From an uncultured Armatimonadetes bacterium (GTDB lineage Bacteria; Armatimonadota; Hebobacteria; Hebobacterales; Hebobacteraceae), in contig OY970296.1 in assembly GCA_963716175.1 (NCBI GenBank), positions 2,336,001 through 2,400,000 of the forward strand: DNA of 64,000 nucleotides. Direction: 5' to 3'. Positions 9,562-19,605 of this stretch are shown in pieces. The position numbers and the translations under genes were made by a program. The stretch's first letter is position 1. Every line of letters begins with the position of its first letter. Under the pieces are notes generated by a model. The model was given only the letters and a program-made list of their open reading frames with translations, was not told the DNA's origin and did no database searches.

Positions 9562-9608
9562 ATTTCGACAACTGACGAATTATCGCGCACTCCGGCAGCT
9601 CCTGTCAA
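9562..9608 (-). promoter_or_regulatory. ars promoter with overlapping ArsR operator
   Basis: TTGACA-N18-GATAAT; imperfect palindrome AATTCGTCA-GT-TGTCGAAAT (9562-9581) overlaps the -10 and start region. Confidence 0.7.
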
Positions 9609-9948
9609 CCCCTCCCTGGACAGAATTGGGGGTGGTCTCGCCGGCGACGGGCGGAGCCGCCCCGTGGGGGACGGCCCTTGGTGGCTGCTTCGGAGTCAGG
9701 CTGGTGTGCCAGAGAAGCGGTGGATGCCGACCAGACCCATCCTGGGCCCAGACAGCCCGCGGCAGCTAACGGCTACTGCCCCACGCCAGCGTGCGTCGGG
9801 AGCCGCCTGCCCCGAGATCGCCAGGAGCAGGGGCTCTGCCTGGATCACACACATGGGCACGAGGTGGGCCAGGTCCACATGTTCGAGAGTGAAGAGAGAG
9901 GGAGAAGACGGTGCTGGAGGCGAGGGAGACGATACTCACCGAGGACTA

Positions 9949-10023
9949 TGGTGGAGCTGGCGGGATTCGAACCCGCGACCTCTTCCATGCCAAGGAAACG
10001 CGCTCCCACTGCGCCACAGCCCC
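9949..10023 (-). tRNA. tRNA-Ala (GGC)
   Basis: GGGGCTG acceptor stem with G3:U70, anticodon loop TTGGCAT, GGTTCGAATCC T-arm, encoded CCA. Confidence 0.97.
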
Positions 10024-10040
10024 ACTGCAGTCGCGTTGCG

Positions 10041-10069
10041 ATTATACTATCGCCCTCAACCGACGTCAA
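10041..10069 (-). promoter_or_regulatory. tRNA promoter
   Basis: TTGACG-N17-TATAAT. Confidence 0.8.
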
Positions 10070-10261
10070 CACCGGCTGGCGGGCCAGGGCACGCCCGCCC
10101 TGCGGCTGCCGCAACCGACATGCGCGTGACCTCTCCCGGACTTCCCAGGCACAGCCTGTGGGGCGGCCGGAGCAGGCACTGCCGTTCCCTTCGTGCTATA
10201 ATGAACCAGGTGGGCTGATGGCAAGGCCGAGGATAAGCAGCTAACCGGAGCATGCAGAGCG

Positions 10262-11029
10262 GTGGGGGCTGATGAGAGAAGAGAGGGCCGGATGCGGAGC
10301 GGCCTCCTGGCGGCGCTAGGCGCGCTGTTGATCCTGGCCGGACAGGCCTGGGCTGGCGGGGCGCGGCCGGCGGCCAGGCCTTACGATCTGCTGGTGATGG
10401 TGGTAGCGCGGGGTGGGGGGCCGACCAGGGTGGCGCTGAGCTACCCGGCCGCGGTTGACCACGGCCGGCTGCGGGCCGGCATCGCCGAGCTCGGCAGACG
10501 AGCGAAAGCCAAGCCCTCGCAGATGGAGATCCGGGATGCCCGGCTAGCGAAGCCGGCGCCGGGAACCGGCACCGACGCCGGGCTCCTGGCGGCTGGCCTG
10601 GTGGGCAAGAGCGGGCAGTTGCCGGTGGGCCCGATCATGCGCTCCTTGCCCGACTGGGAGCACATGCGGCTGGTTTTCGTGCTGGACCCGAGCTACCCGT
10701 TCTCGGGCCCCAGGGATGTGCAGGCGGACGGATTCGCGGTGCGATTGGTCAACCAAGTAGCAACCTATGAATACGATGTGGAAAGAACCAGCGGGAAGGT
10801 GGCGCCAGCGGGGCCTGTTGAACTGGAGCAGCCGCTCAGCGCCACTGGCATGGCAGCGCCAGCGCGTCGCGGGTCCGGGGCTGGCTCGGCGGCAGGGGCC
10901 CGGGGCCAGGCGATGCTGTCGGCCGCGCTCATCGGCATGCCGAGTGGGCTGCTGGTCGGCTGGCTGCTGTCCGGCTGGCGCGAGCGGGCGGCGCGGGCGC
11001 GACGGCTGCGCAGGGCGGAAAGGCGCTAG
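10262..11029 (+). CDS. hypothetical exported protein with C-terminal membrane anchor
   Basis: Signal peptide (likely start 10292, MRSGLL...QAWA); C-terminal TM followed by an Arg-rich tail; TGCTATAAT upstream. Confidence 0.7.
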   Translation: MGADERREGRMRSGLLAALGALLILAGQAWAGGARPAARPYDLLVMVVARGGGPTRVALSYPAAVDHGRLRAGIAELGRRAKAKPSQMEIRDARLAKPAPGTGTDAGLLAAGLVGKSGQLPVGPIMRSLPDWEHMRLVFVLDPSYPFSGPRDVQADGFAVRLVNQVATYEYDVERTSGKVAPAGPVELEQPLSATGMAAPARRGSGAGSAAGARGQAMLSAALIGMPSGLLVGWLLSGWRERAARARRLRRAERR

Positions 11030-11115
11030 CGCGGGGGCTCGGCCTGGTCGAGGTCCCGATGTCAGCACAAGTGGGGCGGCCGGGGCGTTATAGGAAGGGC
11101 GAACGAGGGCAGATC

Positions 11116-12181
11116 ATGGAACTGGAACAGCTTTGCCGGTTCGCGGTTGACAGCCAAGCATCGGACTTGTTCATCAAGGCAAATTCGCCCCCGAGTCTGC
11201 GGGTGCACGGCCGCATCGTGCCCACCGACTTGCCGGCGCTCACGCCGGAGGAGACGGAGCGCCTGGCCACCTCGATCACGAGCGACGAGCAGGCGCAGGC
11301 CTTCAAGAGCTATCACGAGCTGGACCTGGCCTTCACCATCCCGGAGGTGGCTCGGTTCCGCTGCAACATCTACACGCAGCGGGGCAGCTACTCCATGGTG
11401 CTGCGCATTGTGCCCCTGGAGATCAAGTCCATCGAGGACTTAGGGCTGCCGAAGGCGCTGGACGATATGGCGAAGCCCAAGCAGGGCCTGGTGCTGGTGA
11501 CCGGGCCCACGGGCTGCGGCAAGTCCACCACGCTGGCGGCGATGCTGGATCTGATCAACCGGACTCGGCACTGCAATATCGTGACCATCGAGGACCCGAT
11601 CGAGTTCGTGCACGAGGACCGGCTGGCGATTGTCAGCCAGCGGGAGGTGGGGATAGACACGGAATCCTTCTACGACGCCATGAAGTACGTGGTGCGAGAG
11701 AGCCCGGATGTGATCCTGATCGGAGAGATGCGAGACGCGGAGACGATGCGGGTGGCGTTGAGCCGCGTCAGAGACCGGACATCTGGTCTTCTCCACGGTG
11801 CACACCACCAGCGCGGCGGACACGGTGGAACGCATCGTGAGCATCTTCCCGCCTCACGAGAAGAACCAGATCTGCTTGCGGCTCTCCACCAGCCTGCTGG
11901 GGATCGTATCCCAGAAGCTGGTGCCGCGGGCCGACGGCACCGGGCGGGTGCCGGCGGTGGAGCTGATGATCAACACCCCGACGGTGGCGAAGCTGATCGA
12001 AGAGGGGCGGGCCTCACAGATCTATGCCGCCATGAACGAAGGTGGGTATTGGGGGATGCAGACCATGAACCAGTCCCTCTTGAAGTACTGGCGGGCAGGG
12101 GTAGTCTCCGAGGAGGATGCCCTGGTCTATGCCGGCAACCTCACGGAGTTGAAGCAGATGCTGCGGCGGGGGGCGGCCTAG
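11116..12181 (+). CDS. PilT/PilU family ATPase 1 (PilU-like), +1 frameshift near 11764
   Basis: GPTGCGKSTT, TIEDPIE and ILIGEMRD; removing one C restores ALSASETGHLVFSTVHT...GMQT; TVAKLIEE replaces AIRNLIRE. Confidence 0.9.
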
Positions 12182-12268
12182 GGTTAGGGCCTGATCGCAG
12201 TCGCCCGTGGTCTGGGCAAAGCACCACTCGGTCCCTGGGCGGCCTTCGCCGAGGCGAAGGGAGGGACC

Positions 12269-13333
12269 ATGGAGCTCGATACTTTGCTGGCTCTGCTGGT
12301 CCAGGTGAAGGGCTCGGACCTGCACCTGTGCGCCGGCAACCCCCCGACGATGCGGGTGGAGCGCATCATCCGCCGCACCCGGTTTTCGGAACTGACCGGG
12401 CGGGAGATCGCGGAGATGCTGCTGACAGTGGCGGGGCAGGAGCGCTGGGAACGGTTCCAGGAAGAGCTCGAGCTGGATGTGGCCTACGTGGTGCCCGGGG
12501 TGGCCCGCTTTCGGGTCAACATGTACCGCGAGATGAACCAACCGGCGGCCTGCTTCCATCGCATCCCCTCTCAGGTCCAGTCCATCGATGAGCTGGGCCT
12601 GCCACGCGTGCTGAAGCAGATCGCGATGCTGCCTCGCGGCATGGTGCTGGTCACGGGACCCACCGGATCGGGCAAGTCCACCACGCTGGCGGCCGCGGTT
12701 GACCACATCAATGAGAATCGCCCGGCCCACATCATCACCATCGAGGACCCGGTCGAGTTCCTCCACCGGCCCAAGCTGGCCTCCATCACCCAGCGCGAGG
12801 TGGGGATGGACACACACTCCTTCGCGGAGGCGCTCCGGCACGTGATGCGCCAGAACCCGGATGTGATCCTGGTGGGGGAGCTGCGGGACCTGGAGACGAT
12901 TCAGCTCGCGATCACCGCGGGTGAGACCGGCCACTTGGTCTTCGGCACCCTGCACACACTGGACGCGGCGCAGACCGTTGACCGCATGGTGGACGTGTTC
13001 GAGCCGGAGCGCCAAGAGCAGGTGCGCGCCCAGCTGGCCACCACCCTGCAGGCAGTGATCTGCCAGGACCTGCTTCGCCGGGCCGATGGCAAAGGGCTGA
13101 TCCCGGCCTTCGAGATCATGGTGGCCACGCCGGGAATCCGGAACCTGATCCGGGAGCGGAAGACACACCAGATCTACAGCTTGATCCAGGCCGGCGGGGA
13201 GCTGGGGATGCACACCTTCGACCAGCACCTGGTGAGCCTCTATCAGGAGGGCAAGATCACGGCCCAGGCCGCCATCGCGAAGGCGAACAACCCGGAGGAG
13301 TTCCGCCTGCGGGCCGGGATTGGGCGGAATTAG
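12269..13333 (+). CDS. pilT: type IV pilus retraction ATPase 2
   Basis: GPTGSGKSTT, ILVGELRD, GHLVFGTLHT, GIRNLIRE. Confidence 0.95.
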   Translation: MELDTLLALLVQVKGSDLHLCAGNPPTMRVERIIRRTRFSELTGREIAEMLLTVAGQERWERFQEELELDVAYVVPGVARFRVNMYREMNQPAACFHRIPSQVQSIDELGLPRVLKQIAMLPRGMVLVTGPTGSGKSTTLAAAVDHINENRPAHIITIEDPVEFLHRPKLASITQREVGMDTHSFAEALRHVMRQNPDVILVGELRDLETIQLAITAGETGHLVFGTLHTLDAAQTVDRMVDVFEPERQEQVRAQLATTLQAVICQDLLRRADGKGLIPAFEIMVATPGIRNLIRERKTHQIYSLIQAGGELGMHTFDQHLVSLYQEGKITAQAAIAKANNPEEFRLRAGIGRN

Positions 13334-13522
13334 CGGAAGGCGCGGCCAAAGACTGGTAGAATGACAATAGTGCTGCAGGCTGGAACTGGCGCGGCCCGAG
13401 AGTCCCTAGCAGAGCCCGCGGCGGGCGGTTCAAAGCCGGCGCCGGAGCGATAGGAACCACCGTGCTGGGTTTCGCCAGAGCTGGCGAGGGAGCTATATCG
13501 AGCTAACAGGAGTGTAGACCGG

Positions 13523-14641
13523 ATGCCAGATCGCTATCCCATTCCATTGGATGATTTGCTCAGGCTGCTGGTGCGACACGAGGGGTCAGACCTACACATC
13601 CGCGCCTCCGAGCCGCCCATTTTCCGCATCCACGGCGATCTGCGGCGAACCAACTTTCCGCCCTTTCAGCCGGACCAGATCAAGACTTTGATGTACGGCG
13701 TGATGGGCCCGGAGCGCATCGCGCGCTACGAGCGGGACCTGGAGTGCGACTTGGCCTATCCCATCAAGAACCTGGCGCGCTTCCGGGTGAATGTGTTCAA
13801 GCAGCAAGACGCGGTGGGGGCGGTGATGCGACTTATCCCCATCCGCGTGCAGACGCTCGACGAGCTGGGGCTGCCCCGGGTGCTGAAGGACGTGGCCATG
13901 CTCCCCCGGGGTCTGGTGCTGGTGACGGGGCCCACCGGGTCCGGCAAGTCCACTACCCTGGCGGCGATGATCAACCACATCAACGAGAACAGGCCGGTCC
14001 ACATCATCACCATCGAAGACCCCATCGAGTTCATGCACATGGACAAGGTGGCGGCGGTGAACCAGCGGGAAGTGGAGATGGACACGCACAGCTTCGCCGA
14101 GGGGCTGAGGCACGTGATGCGGCAGAACCCGGACATTATCCTCGTGGGTGAGATGCGTGACAACGAGACTATGCAGTTGGCGATCACGGCCGCGGAGACC
14201 GGCCACTTGGTCTTCTCCACGGTGCACACCACGGACGCGGCCCAGACCATTGACCGGATCGTGGACGTGTTCGAGCCCGAGCGGCAGGAGCAGATCCGGA
14301 TGCAGTTGGCGGTGACGATGCAGGCGGTGATCTCGATGACCTTGCTGCCCAGGTCGGACCGGCCGGGGCGAGTGGCCGCATTCGAGATCATGATCGCGAC
14401 GCCCGCCATCCGCAACATGATCCGGGAGCGCAAGACCCACCAGATCCCCGGTGGCATCCAGACCGGGGCGGAGCTGGGGATGCAGACCCTGGATAACCAC
14501 CTGCTGCAGCTGTTCCGCGATGGGATTGTGACCTACGAGATGGCGCTCTCGAAGTCATCGAACCCGAGCGAATTCGCAGCCCGGGCCGGAGTAGGGGACA
14601 GGGCGGAGGCCTTGATGGCGGCCGCCCCAGGAGAAGTCTGA
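13523..14641 (+). CDS. pilT: type IV pilus retraction ATPase 3
   Basis: GPTGSGKSTT, ILVGEMRD, AIRNMIRE, GMQT. Confidence 0.95.
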   Translation: MPDRYPIPLDDLLRLLVRHEGSDLHIRASEPPIFRIHGDLRRTNFPPFQPDQIKTLMYGVMGPERIARYERDLECDLAYPIKNLARFRVNVFKQQDAVGAVMRLIPIRVQTLDELGLPRVLKDVAMLPRGLVLVTGPTGSGKSTTLAAMINHINENRPVHIITIEDPIEFMHMDKVAAVNQREVEMDTHSFAEGLRHVMRQNPDIILVGEMRDNETMQLAITAAETGHLVFSTVHTTDAAQTIDRIVDVFEPERQEQIRMQLAVTMQAVISMTLLPRSDRPGRVAAFEIMIATPAIRNMIRERKTHQIPGGIQTGAELGMQTLDNHLLQLFRDGIVTYEMALSKSSNPSEFAARAGVGDRAEALMAAAPGEV

Positions 14642-14654
14642 GAGGAGGCCGGCG

Positions 14655-15749
14655 ATGTCCACCAGCCAGCTTCATATCGACGATCTGCTGCGCACGGCGG
14701 TGGAGCGGGACGCCTCGGACATCCACATCAAGGCGGAGAGCCCGCCCCTGCTGCGTATCTACGGCGAGCTGATCCCCACGGATCTGCCGCCGCTCTCTCT
14801 GGAGGAGGCGAAACGGCTGTCGTTCGCCATTCTCTCGGAGAGCGAACGGGAGCTGTTCGAGCAGCAGTGGGAGCTGGACCTGGGCTACGATATCGAGGGG
14901 CTGGCGCGCTTCCGCGTCAACGTATTCGTTCAGCGGGGGATGGTGGGGTCGGTCTTCCGGATCATCCCGCTGATGATCCAGACCATTGACGAGCTGGGCC
15001 TGCCCGAAGTCTGCCGCTATTTCGCCGAGCGCCCCCGCGGCTTGGTGCTGGTGACGGGGCCCGCGGGCTGCGGCAAGTCTACCACCCAGGCCGCGATCAT
15101 TGACCACGTGAACAAGCAATTCCCGGTGCACGTGGTGACCGTAGAGGACCCGATTGAGTTCGTGCACGAGCCCAAGATGGCGCTGATCAACCAGCGCGAG
15201 CTGGGGCGAGACACGCGCAGCTTCGCCAACGCACTGAAGTACGTCTTGCGGCAGGACCCGGACGTGATCCTGGTGGGCGAGATGCGCGACCTGGAGACCG
15301 TCCAGCTCGCCATCCGGGCGGCGGAGACGGGGCACCTGGTGCTGGGCACTCTGCACACCACGGACGCGGTGCAGACCGTAGACCGGGCGATTGACATCTT
15401 CCCCACCCACCAGCAGCAGCAGATCCGGATGCAGCTATCGGTCAACCTGCTGGGCGTGATCTCGCAGATCCTGGTGCGCCGGGCGGACGGGCGAGGCCGG
15501 GTGGCGGCCTTCGAGACGCTAGTGGCGATCTCGGCGGTGCGCAACTCCGTCCGGGAGCGAAAGACTCACCAGATCGCGTCGGTGATCCAGACCGGGGCCC
15601 AGCATGGTATGATGAGCCTGGATCAGTCGCTCGCCTATCTGGCGCGCTCGGGGGTGATCACGTTCGAGGAGGGGGAGTCGAAGTCGAAGAACCGGGACGA
15701 GTACCGCCAACTGGTGGAGACCGGGGAGGCCGTCGCGGCGAGGGCATGA
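14655..15749 (+). CDS. pilT: type IV pilus retraction ATPase 4
   Basis: GPAGCGKSTT, ILVGEMRD, GTLHT, AVRNSVRE. Confidence 0.95.
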   Translation: MSTSQLHIDDLLRTAVERDASDIHIKAESPPLLRIYGELIPTDLPPLSLEEAKRLSFAILSESERELFEQQWELDLGYDIEGLARFRVNVFVQRGMVGSVFRIIPLMIQTIDELGLPEVCRYFAERPRGLVLVTGPAGCGKSTTQAAIIDHVNKQFPVHVVTVEDPIEFVHEPKMALINQRELGRDTRSFANALKYVLRQDPDVILVGEMRDLETVQLAIRAAETGHLVLGTLHTTDAVQTVDRAIDIFPTHQQQQIRMQLSVNLLGVISQILVRRADGRGRVAAFETLVAISAVRNSVRERKTHQIASVIQTGAQHGMMSLDQSLAYLARSGVITFEEGESKSKNRDEYRQLVETGEAVAARA

Positions 15750-15777
15750 GCAGGTGCGGGATGCTGATCTGCAGGTG

Positions 15778-15809
15778 ACGCCACCGGGCGCAGCCCGATG
15801 GCGTTTTCT
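15778..15809 (+). terminator. intrinsic terminator after the pilT cluster
   Basis: ACGCCACCGGGC-gca-GCCCGATGGCGT hairpin followed by TTTCT. Confidence 0.65.
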
Positions 15810-15974
15810 GTGACAGGCCGGGATGACCCGGAGAGGGCCAAAAGAGGAAGGCCAGGGGTAGGAGAGAACGACAGAAGAGAGGCGCCCGAGGGCAGGGCCG
15901 GTGGGCCGTGGTCTTGGGCGCTCGCCCTGTTGGCGGGGGATGAAGGGAACCGGGAGTAGAGGAGGAGATCGCCG

Positions 15975-16304
15975 ATGGGTGCAGTGATAGAGGCCACCGA
16001 CGCCACGTTCGAGCAGGAAGTGCTGAAGTCGGAACTGCCGGTGCTGGTTGATTTCTGGGCGCCGGGGTGCCCGCCGTGCGCGGCACTGGCACCGATCCTG
16101 GAGAAGGTCGCCACCGAGATGAGCAGTCAGGCCAAGTTCGTCAAGGTGAACGCGTCGCAGGAGCGTGCGACCGCCGCCAAGTACCGGGTTCAGGCGGTGC
16201 CCACGCTGTTCATCTTCAAGGGGGGCGAGGTGGCGGACAGTGCGGTGGGCTTCCAGCCTGACCAGGAGATTCGCCGGCGGCTGAATGCGGTTGCCGCAAA
16301 GTAA
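15975..16304 (+). CDS. trxA: thioredoxin
   Basis: PVLVDFWAPGCPPC, VPT cis-Pro motif; GGAGGAG RBS. Confidence 0.92.
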   Translation: MGAVIEATDATFEQEVLKSELPVLVDFWAPGCPPCAALAPILEKVATEMSSQAKFVKVNASQERATAAKYRVQAVPTLFIFKGGEVADSAVGFQPDQEIRRRLNAVAAK

Positions 16305-16345
16305 GGACCGGAGCCGGCCGCGGAGGCAGAAGAGGGGACCTGCTA

Positions 16346-17305
16346 TTGGGCATGGATCGTTCGCCTGGGCGAGACGGCGTGTGGGATCTGGTGATCCTGG
16401 GCGGAGGGCCGGCCGGGCTCTCCTGCGCGATTTACGCGTGCCGAGGTCGCTTCCGGACCCTGGTGCTGGAGCGGATGATGCCCGGGGGGCAGGTGGTCCT
16501 GAACGACCTCATCGAGAACTACCCGGGCTTCCCCGAAGGCTTGCGTGGGTTTGAGCTGGCCGACCGCATGACCCGCCAGGCGCAGCGGTTCGGCGCTCAG
16601 TTCGAGAGCGCAGAAGTGATTGGCATCGAGGTCTCGGCGCGTCCCTTTCGCGTGCTGCTGGCAGAGGGGGAGGCGCGTCTGGCACGCAGCCTGCTCGTCG
16701 CTACGGGGAGCCGACCGCGTCGCCTGGAGGTGCCCGGGGAGCAGGAGTTCGCGGCGCGAGGGGTCTCCTACTGCGCCACCTGCGATGGGCCGCTGTTCGC
16801 CGACAAGCACCTACTGGTGGTGGGAGGCGGGGACACGGCGGTGGAGGAGGCGCTCTTCCTGGCCAACCTGGCGAGCAAGGTGACCGTGGTGCACCGCCGC
16901 GATCAGCTTCGCGCCCAGCGCATTCTCCAGGAGCGGGCGATGGCGAGCCCGAAGATCGAGTTCGTGTGGAGCCACGTGGTCGCCGAGATCGTGGGCGACG
17001 ACGGGGTGCGGGCGGCACGGCTGCGGCAGGTGGAGAGTGGGGAGGAACGAGAGGTCCCGGTGGACGGGATCTTCATCGCGGTGGGATCCGCGCCACAGAC
17101 GGCCTTCCTGCCGCCGGAGGTGCGCCGGGATGAGGCCGGCCACATTCTCACCGACGCCCAGTTGATGACCTCGGTGCCAGGTATTTTCGCGGCGGGCGAT
17201 GTGCGGGCCGGCTCCTACCGGCAGATCGCCTTCTCGGTCGGAGATGGGGCGCTCGCTTACAGGGGAATCTTCCTCTATCTTGAGGAGTACGGCGGCTATG
17301 GGTAA
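16346..17305 (+). CDS. trxB: thioredoxin-disulfide reductase
   Basis: GGGPAG, IENYPG, SYCATCDG, GGGDTA, HRRD, FAAGD. Confidence 0.96.
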   Translation: MGMDRSPGRDGVWDLVILGGGPAGLSCAIYACRGRFRTLVLERMMPGGQVVLNDLIENYPGFPEGLRGFELADRMTRQAQRFGAQFESAEVIGIEVSARPFRVLLAEGEARLARSLLVATGSRPRRLEVPGEQEFAARGVSYCATCDGPLFADKHLLVVGGGDTAVEEALFLANLASKVTVVHRRDQLRAQRILQERAMASPKIEFVWSHVVAEIVGDDGVRAARLRQVESGEEREVPVDGIFIAVGSAPQTAFLPPEVRRDEAGHILTDAQLMTSVPGIFAAGDVRAGSYRQIAFSVGDGALAYRGIFLYLEEYGGYG

Positions 17306-17309
17306 GGGC

Positions 17310-18347
17310 ATGAAGGCGGTCTACCTCTACGGTTCGCGCGATCTGAGGGTGCAGGAGGAGCCGATCCCCGCGCTCACGCAGCCGGACCAGGTGCTGATCG
17401 AGATGGCGGCGGTGGGAGTGTGCGGTTCGGATTGCCATTTCTATGAGCGAGGCCGCATCGGCCGGTTCGTGGTGGAGCAGCCGATCATCCTGGGGCACGA
17501 GTGCTCGGGGCGGGTAGCGGCGGTGGGAAGCGAGGTGAAGGGGCTGGCGCCCGGAGATGCGGTCTGCATTGAGCCCGGCGTGCCATGTCGGCGCTGCCGG
17601 CGGTGCCGGGAGGGGCGCTACAATCTGTGCGAGGTCGGGGTGGTGTTCATGGGCACTCCGCCGGCCGACCACGGCGCTTTCCGCCACTATCTCACCTGGC
17701 CTGCGGACTTCGTCTATAAGCTGCCGGCCGGGGTGAGCCTGGAAGACGGGGCCATGGTGGAGCCGCTGGCGGTGGGGGTCCACGCCTGCCGGCGAGCCGG
17801 CCTCCAGCCGGGCCAGAGCGCGGCAGTGCTGGGGGCAGGGCCGATAGGGCTGCTGGCGCTGCAGGCGGCGGCCGCTTATGGCGCCCACCCGGTGATCGCG
17901 ACTGACCTGATCCCCTTCCGCCTGAGCCTGGCACAGCGGTTAGGAGCGGCGACGGTTGACGCCGCCAGCGCGGACGTCCCGGGCGCGGTTCGCGAGCTGA
18001 CGGAGGGCCGCGGGGTAGACGTGGTGATCGAGACCGCGGGCACAGTAGCCACCATCCGGCAGGCGATGGGCGCGGTGAGGACCGGCGGGGTGGTGGTGCT
18101 GGTGGGCCTGCCGCCGGAGGAGGAGGCGACTCTCCCCCTGATGGATCTGCTGCAGCGGGAGTACGATCTGCACAGCGTATTCCGCTACGCGAACTGCTAT
18201 CTGCCCGCGCTGTCTCTGATCGCGGCTGGGCGGATCAGCCTGGCCCCGCTTCGCACCCACGAGTTTCCGCTGGAGCGAACCGCAGAGGCGATTGAGACCA
18301 CGCTCACGCGCAAGAGCGAAGCGGTGAAGGTGCTGGTCAAGCCGTAG
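17310..18347 (+). CDS. Zn-dependent alcohol dehydrogenase (sorbitol/xylitol DH-like)
   Basis: GVCGSD, GHE, CxxCxxCx7C, GAGPIG, FRYAN. Confidence 0.93.
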   Translation: MKAVYLYGSRDLRVQEEPIPALTQPDQVLIEMAAVGVCGSDCHFYERGRIGRFVVEQPIILGHECSGRVAAVGSEVKGLAPGDAVCIEPGVPCRRCRRCREGRYNLCEVGVVFMGTPPADHGAFRHYLTWPADFVYKLPAGVSLEDGAMVEPLAVGVHACRRAGLQPGQSAAVLGAGPIGLLALQAAAAYGAHPVIATDLIPFRLSLAQRLGAATVDAASADVPGAVRELTEGRGVDVVIETAGTVATIRQAMGAVRTGGVVVLVGLPPEEEATLPLMDLLQREYDLHSVFRYANCYLPALSLIAAGRISLAPLRTHEFPLERTAEAIETTLTRKSEAVKVLVKP

Positions 18348-18365
18348 CTGCCGTAGCTGCCGAGG

Positions 18366-18394
18366 TTGACGCTCCGGGCGAAGCTGGCTAGAAT
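18366..18394 (+). promoter_or_regulatory. nuo operon promoter
   Basis: TTGACG-N17-TAGAAT. Confidence 0.75.
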
Positions 18395-18685
18395 TGCCTC
18401 CCGGACCGGATCTGGGCCGGCCTTGGGCGAGACTCGTGCTGCCTGGCGAAGTTTCGCTGCTTCGCAGGGCAGCAGGTGAAGGGTAGGCCGGCGCCGAAGT
18501 TCGCTCCTGCAGCCACAGACGTGTCGCAGTGCGGCGCGCCGCGCCCGCGGACGACGAAGGTCTGATCCGAGGTCTCGCCATGGGAGCCCGCTGAGGGCTC
18601 CCTATGTATGCGGCGACGCCAGACGGGTCGCCGCAGAGCAGTGTTGGCGGGCATGGGCATGCCCGCCCTACAGTGCGAGATGGGA

Positions 18686-19042
18686 ATGAATAACCAATAC
18701 GCGTATGTCGCCGTGTTCACCCTCGTGGGGGTAGTGTTCCTGATCGCGGCGCTGGTTATTGCCTGGGTGCTCCGCCCCAGCCGGCCCTCGAAGGCGAAGT
18801 CCATGCCTTACGAGTGCGGCATCATCCCGGTGGGGGATGCCTGGAGTCAGTTCAACCCTCGCTATTACATCTTCGCCCTGCTCTTCTTGCTGTTCGACGT
18901 GGAGGTGGCGTACCTGTACCCGTGGGCGGTGCGGGTGGGGAAGCTGGGGGCCTATGCGGTGGTGGAAATGCTGATCTTCCTGCTGATTCTGGCCTTCGGG
19001 CTGGGATACGCGTGGAGGGAGGGCGGCCTGAAGTGGGAGTAG
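18686..19042 (+). CDS. nuoA: NADH-quinone oxidoreductase subunit A
   Basis: PYECG, FLLFDVE and LYPWA motifs. Confidence 0.95.
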   Translation: MNNQYAYVAVFTLVGVVFLIAALVIAWVLRPSRPSKAKSMPYECGIIPVGDAWSQFNPRYYIFALLFLLFDVEVAYLYPWAVRVGKLGAYAVVEMLIFLLILAFGLGYAWREGGLKWE

Positions 19043-19605
19043 CCCCCCCAGGCGGCGGGCAGGCGAGACAGGCCCACCCCACAGGGCCGGAATCAGAGCG
19101 TCCCAGTCCTCTCAGCCGCAGCGCAGAGGTGATCTGCCGCGTCCCCGGCGGCAGTCTCCTGCTCACCACCGTGGACAAGGTGCTCAACTGGGGCCGGGCC
19201 TCCTCCCTCTGGTACTTGACCTATGGGCTGGCCTGCTGCGCCATCGAGATGATGTGCACGGCCGCCTCTCGCTATGACCTCGACCGCTTCGGCCTGATCT
19301 TCCGGGGGACGCCGCGGCAGTCGGACCTGATGATCGTGTCAGGCACCGTGACCAAGAAGATGGCCCCGGTGCTGCGGCAGCTCTATGACCAGATGGCCGA
19401 CCCGAAGTATGTGCTCGCCCTCGGGGGGTGCGCCTGCGAGGGCGGGCCTTTCCACGACTCCTATTTCGTGGTGCAGGGAGTGGACCAGATCGTGCCCGTG
19501 GATGTGTACGTGGCGGGATGCCCCCCCCGACCCGAGGCGCTGATTGATGGGATCTTCAAGCTGCAGGAGAAGATCAGCCGCGAATCTCTGCGGTGCCCGA
19601 AGTGA
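19033..19605 (+). CDS. nuoB: NADH-quinone oxidoreductase subunit B
   Basis: [14 protein letters not shown] and GCPPRPE motifs. Confidence 0.95.
   Translation: MGVAPPGGGQARQAHPTGPESERPSPLSRSAEVICRVPGGSLLLTTVDKVLNWGRASSLWYLTYGLACCAIEMMCTAASRYDLDRFGLIFRGTPRQSDLMIVSGTVTKKMAPVLRQLYDQMADPKYVLALGGCACEGGPFHDSYFVVQGVDQIVPVDVYVAGCPPRPEALIDGIFKLQEKISRESLRCPK

Noticed and set aside
9610-9948. Possible integrase remnant or att region next to the tRNA
   Set aside because: No recombinase motifs and no duplicated tRNA end found by eye in the window
11059-12591. 510-aa PilT with a novel C-terminus
   Set aside because: Out-of-frame tail caused by the insertion near 11764
13334-13522. Possible c-di-GMP riboswitch between pilT paralogs
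   Set aside because: Recognisable consensus motifs absent; only a TAGAAT -10-like hexamer seen
18345-18362. TAGCTGCCG tandem duplication at a stop codon
   Set aside because: Only two units; no functional support
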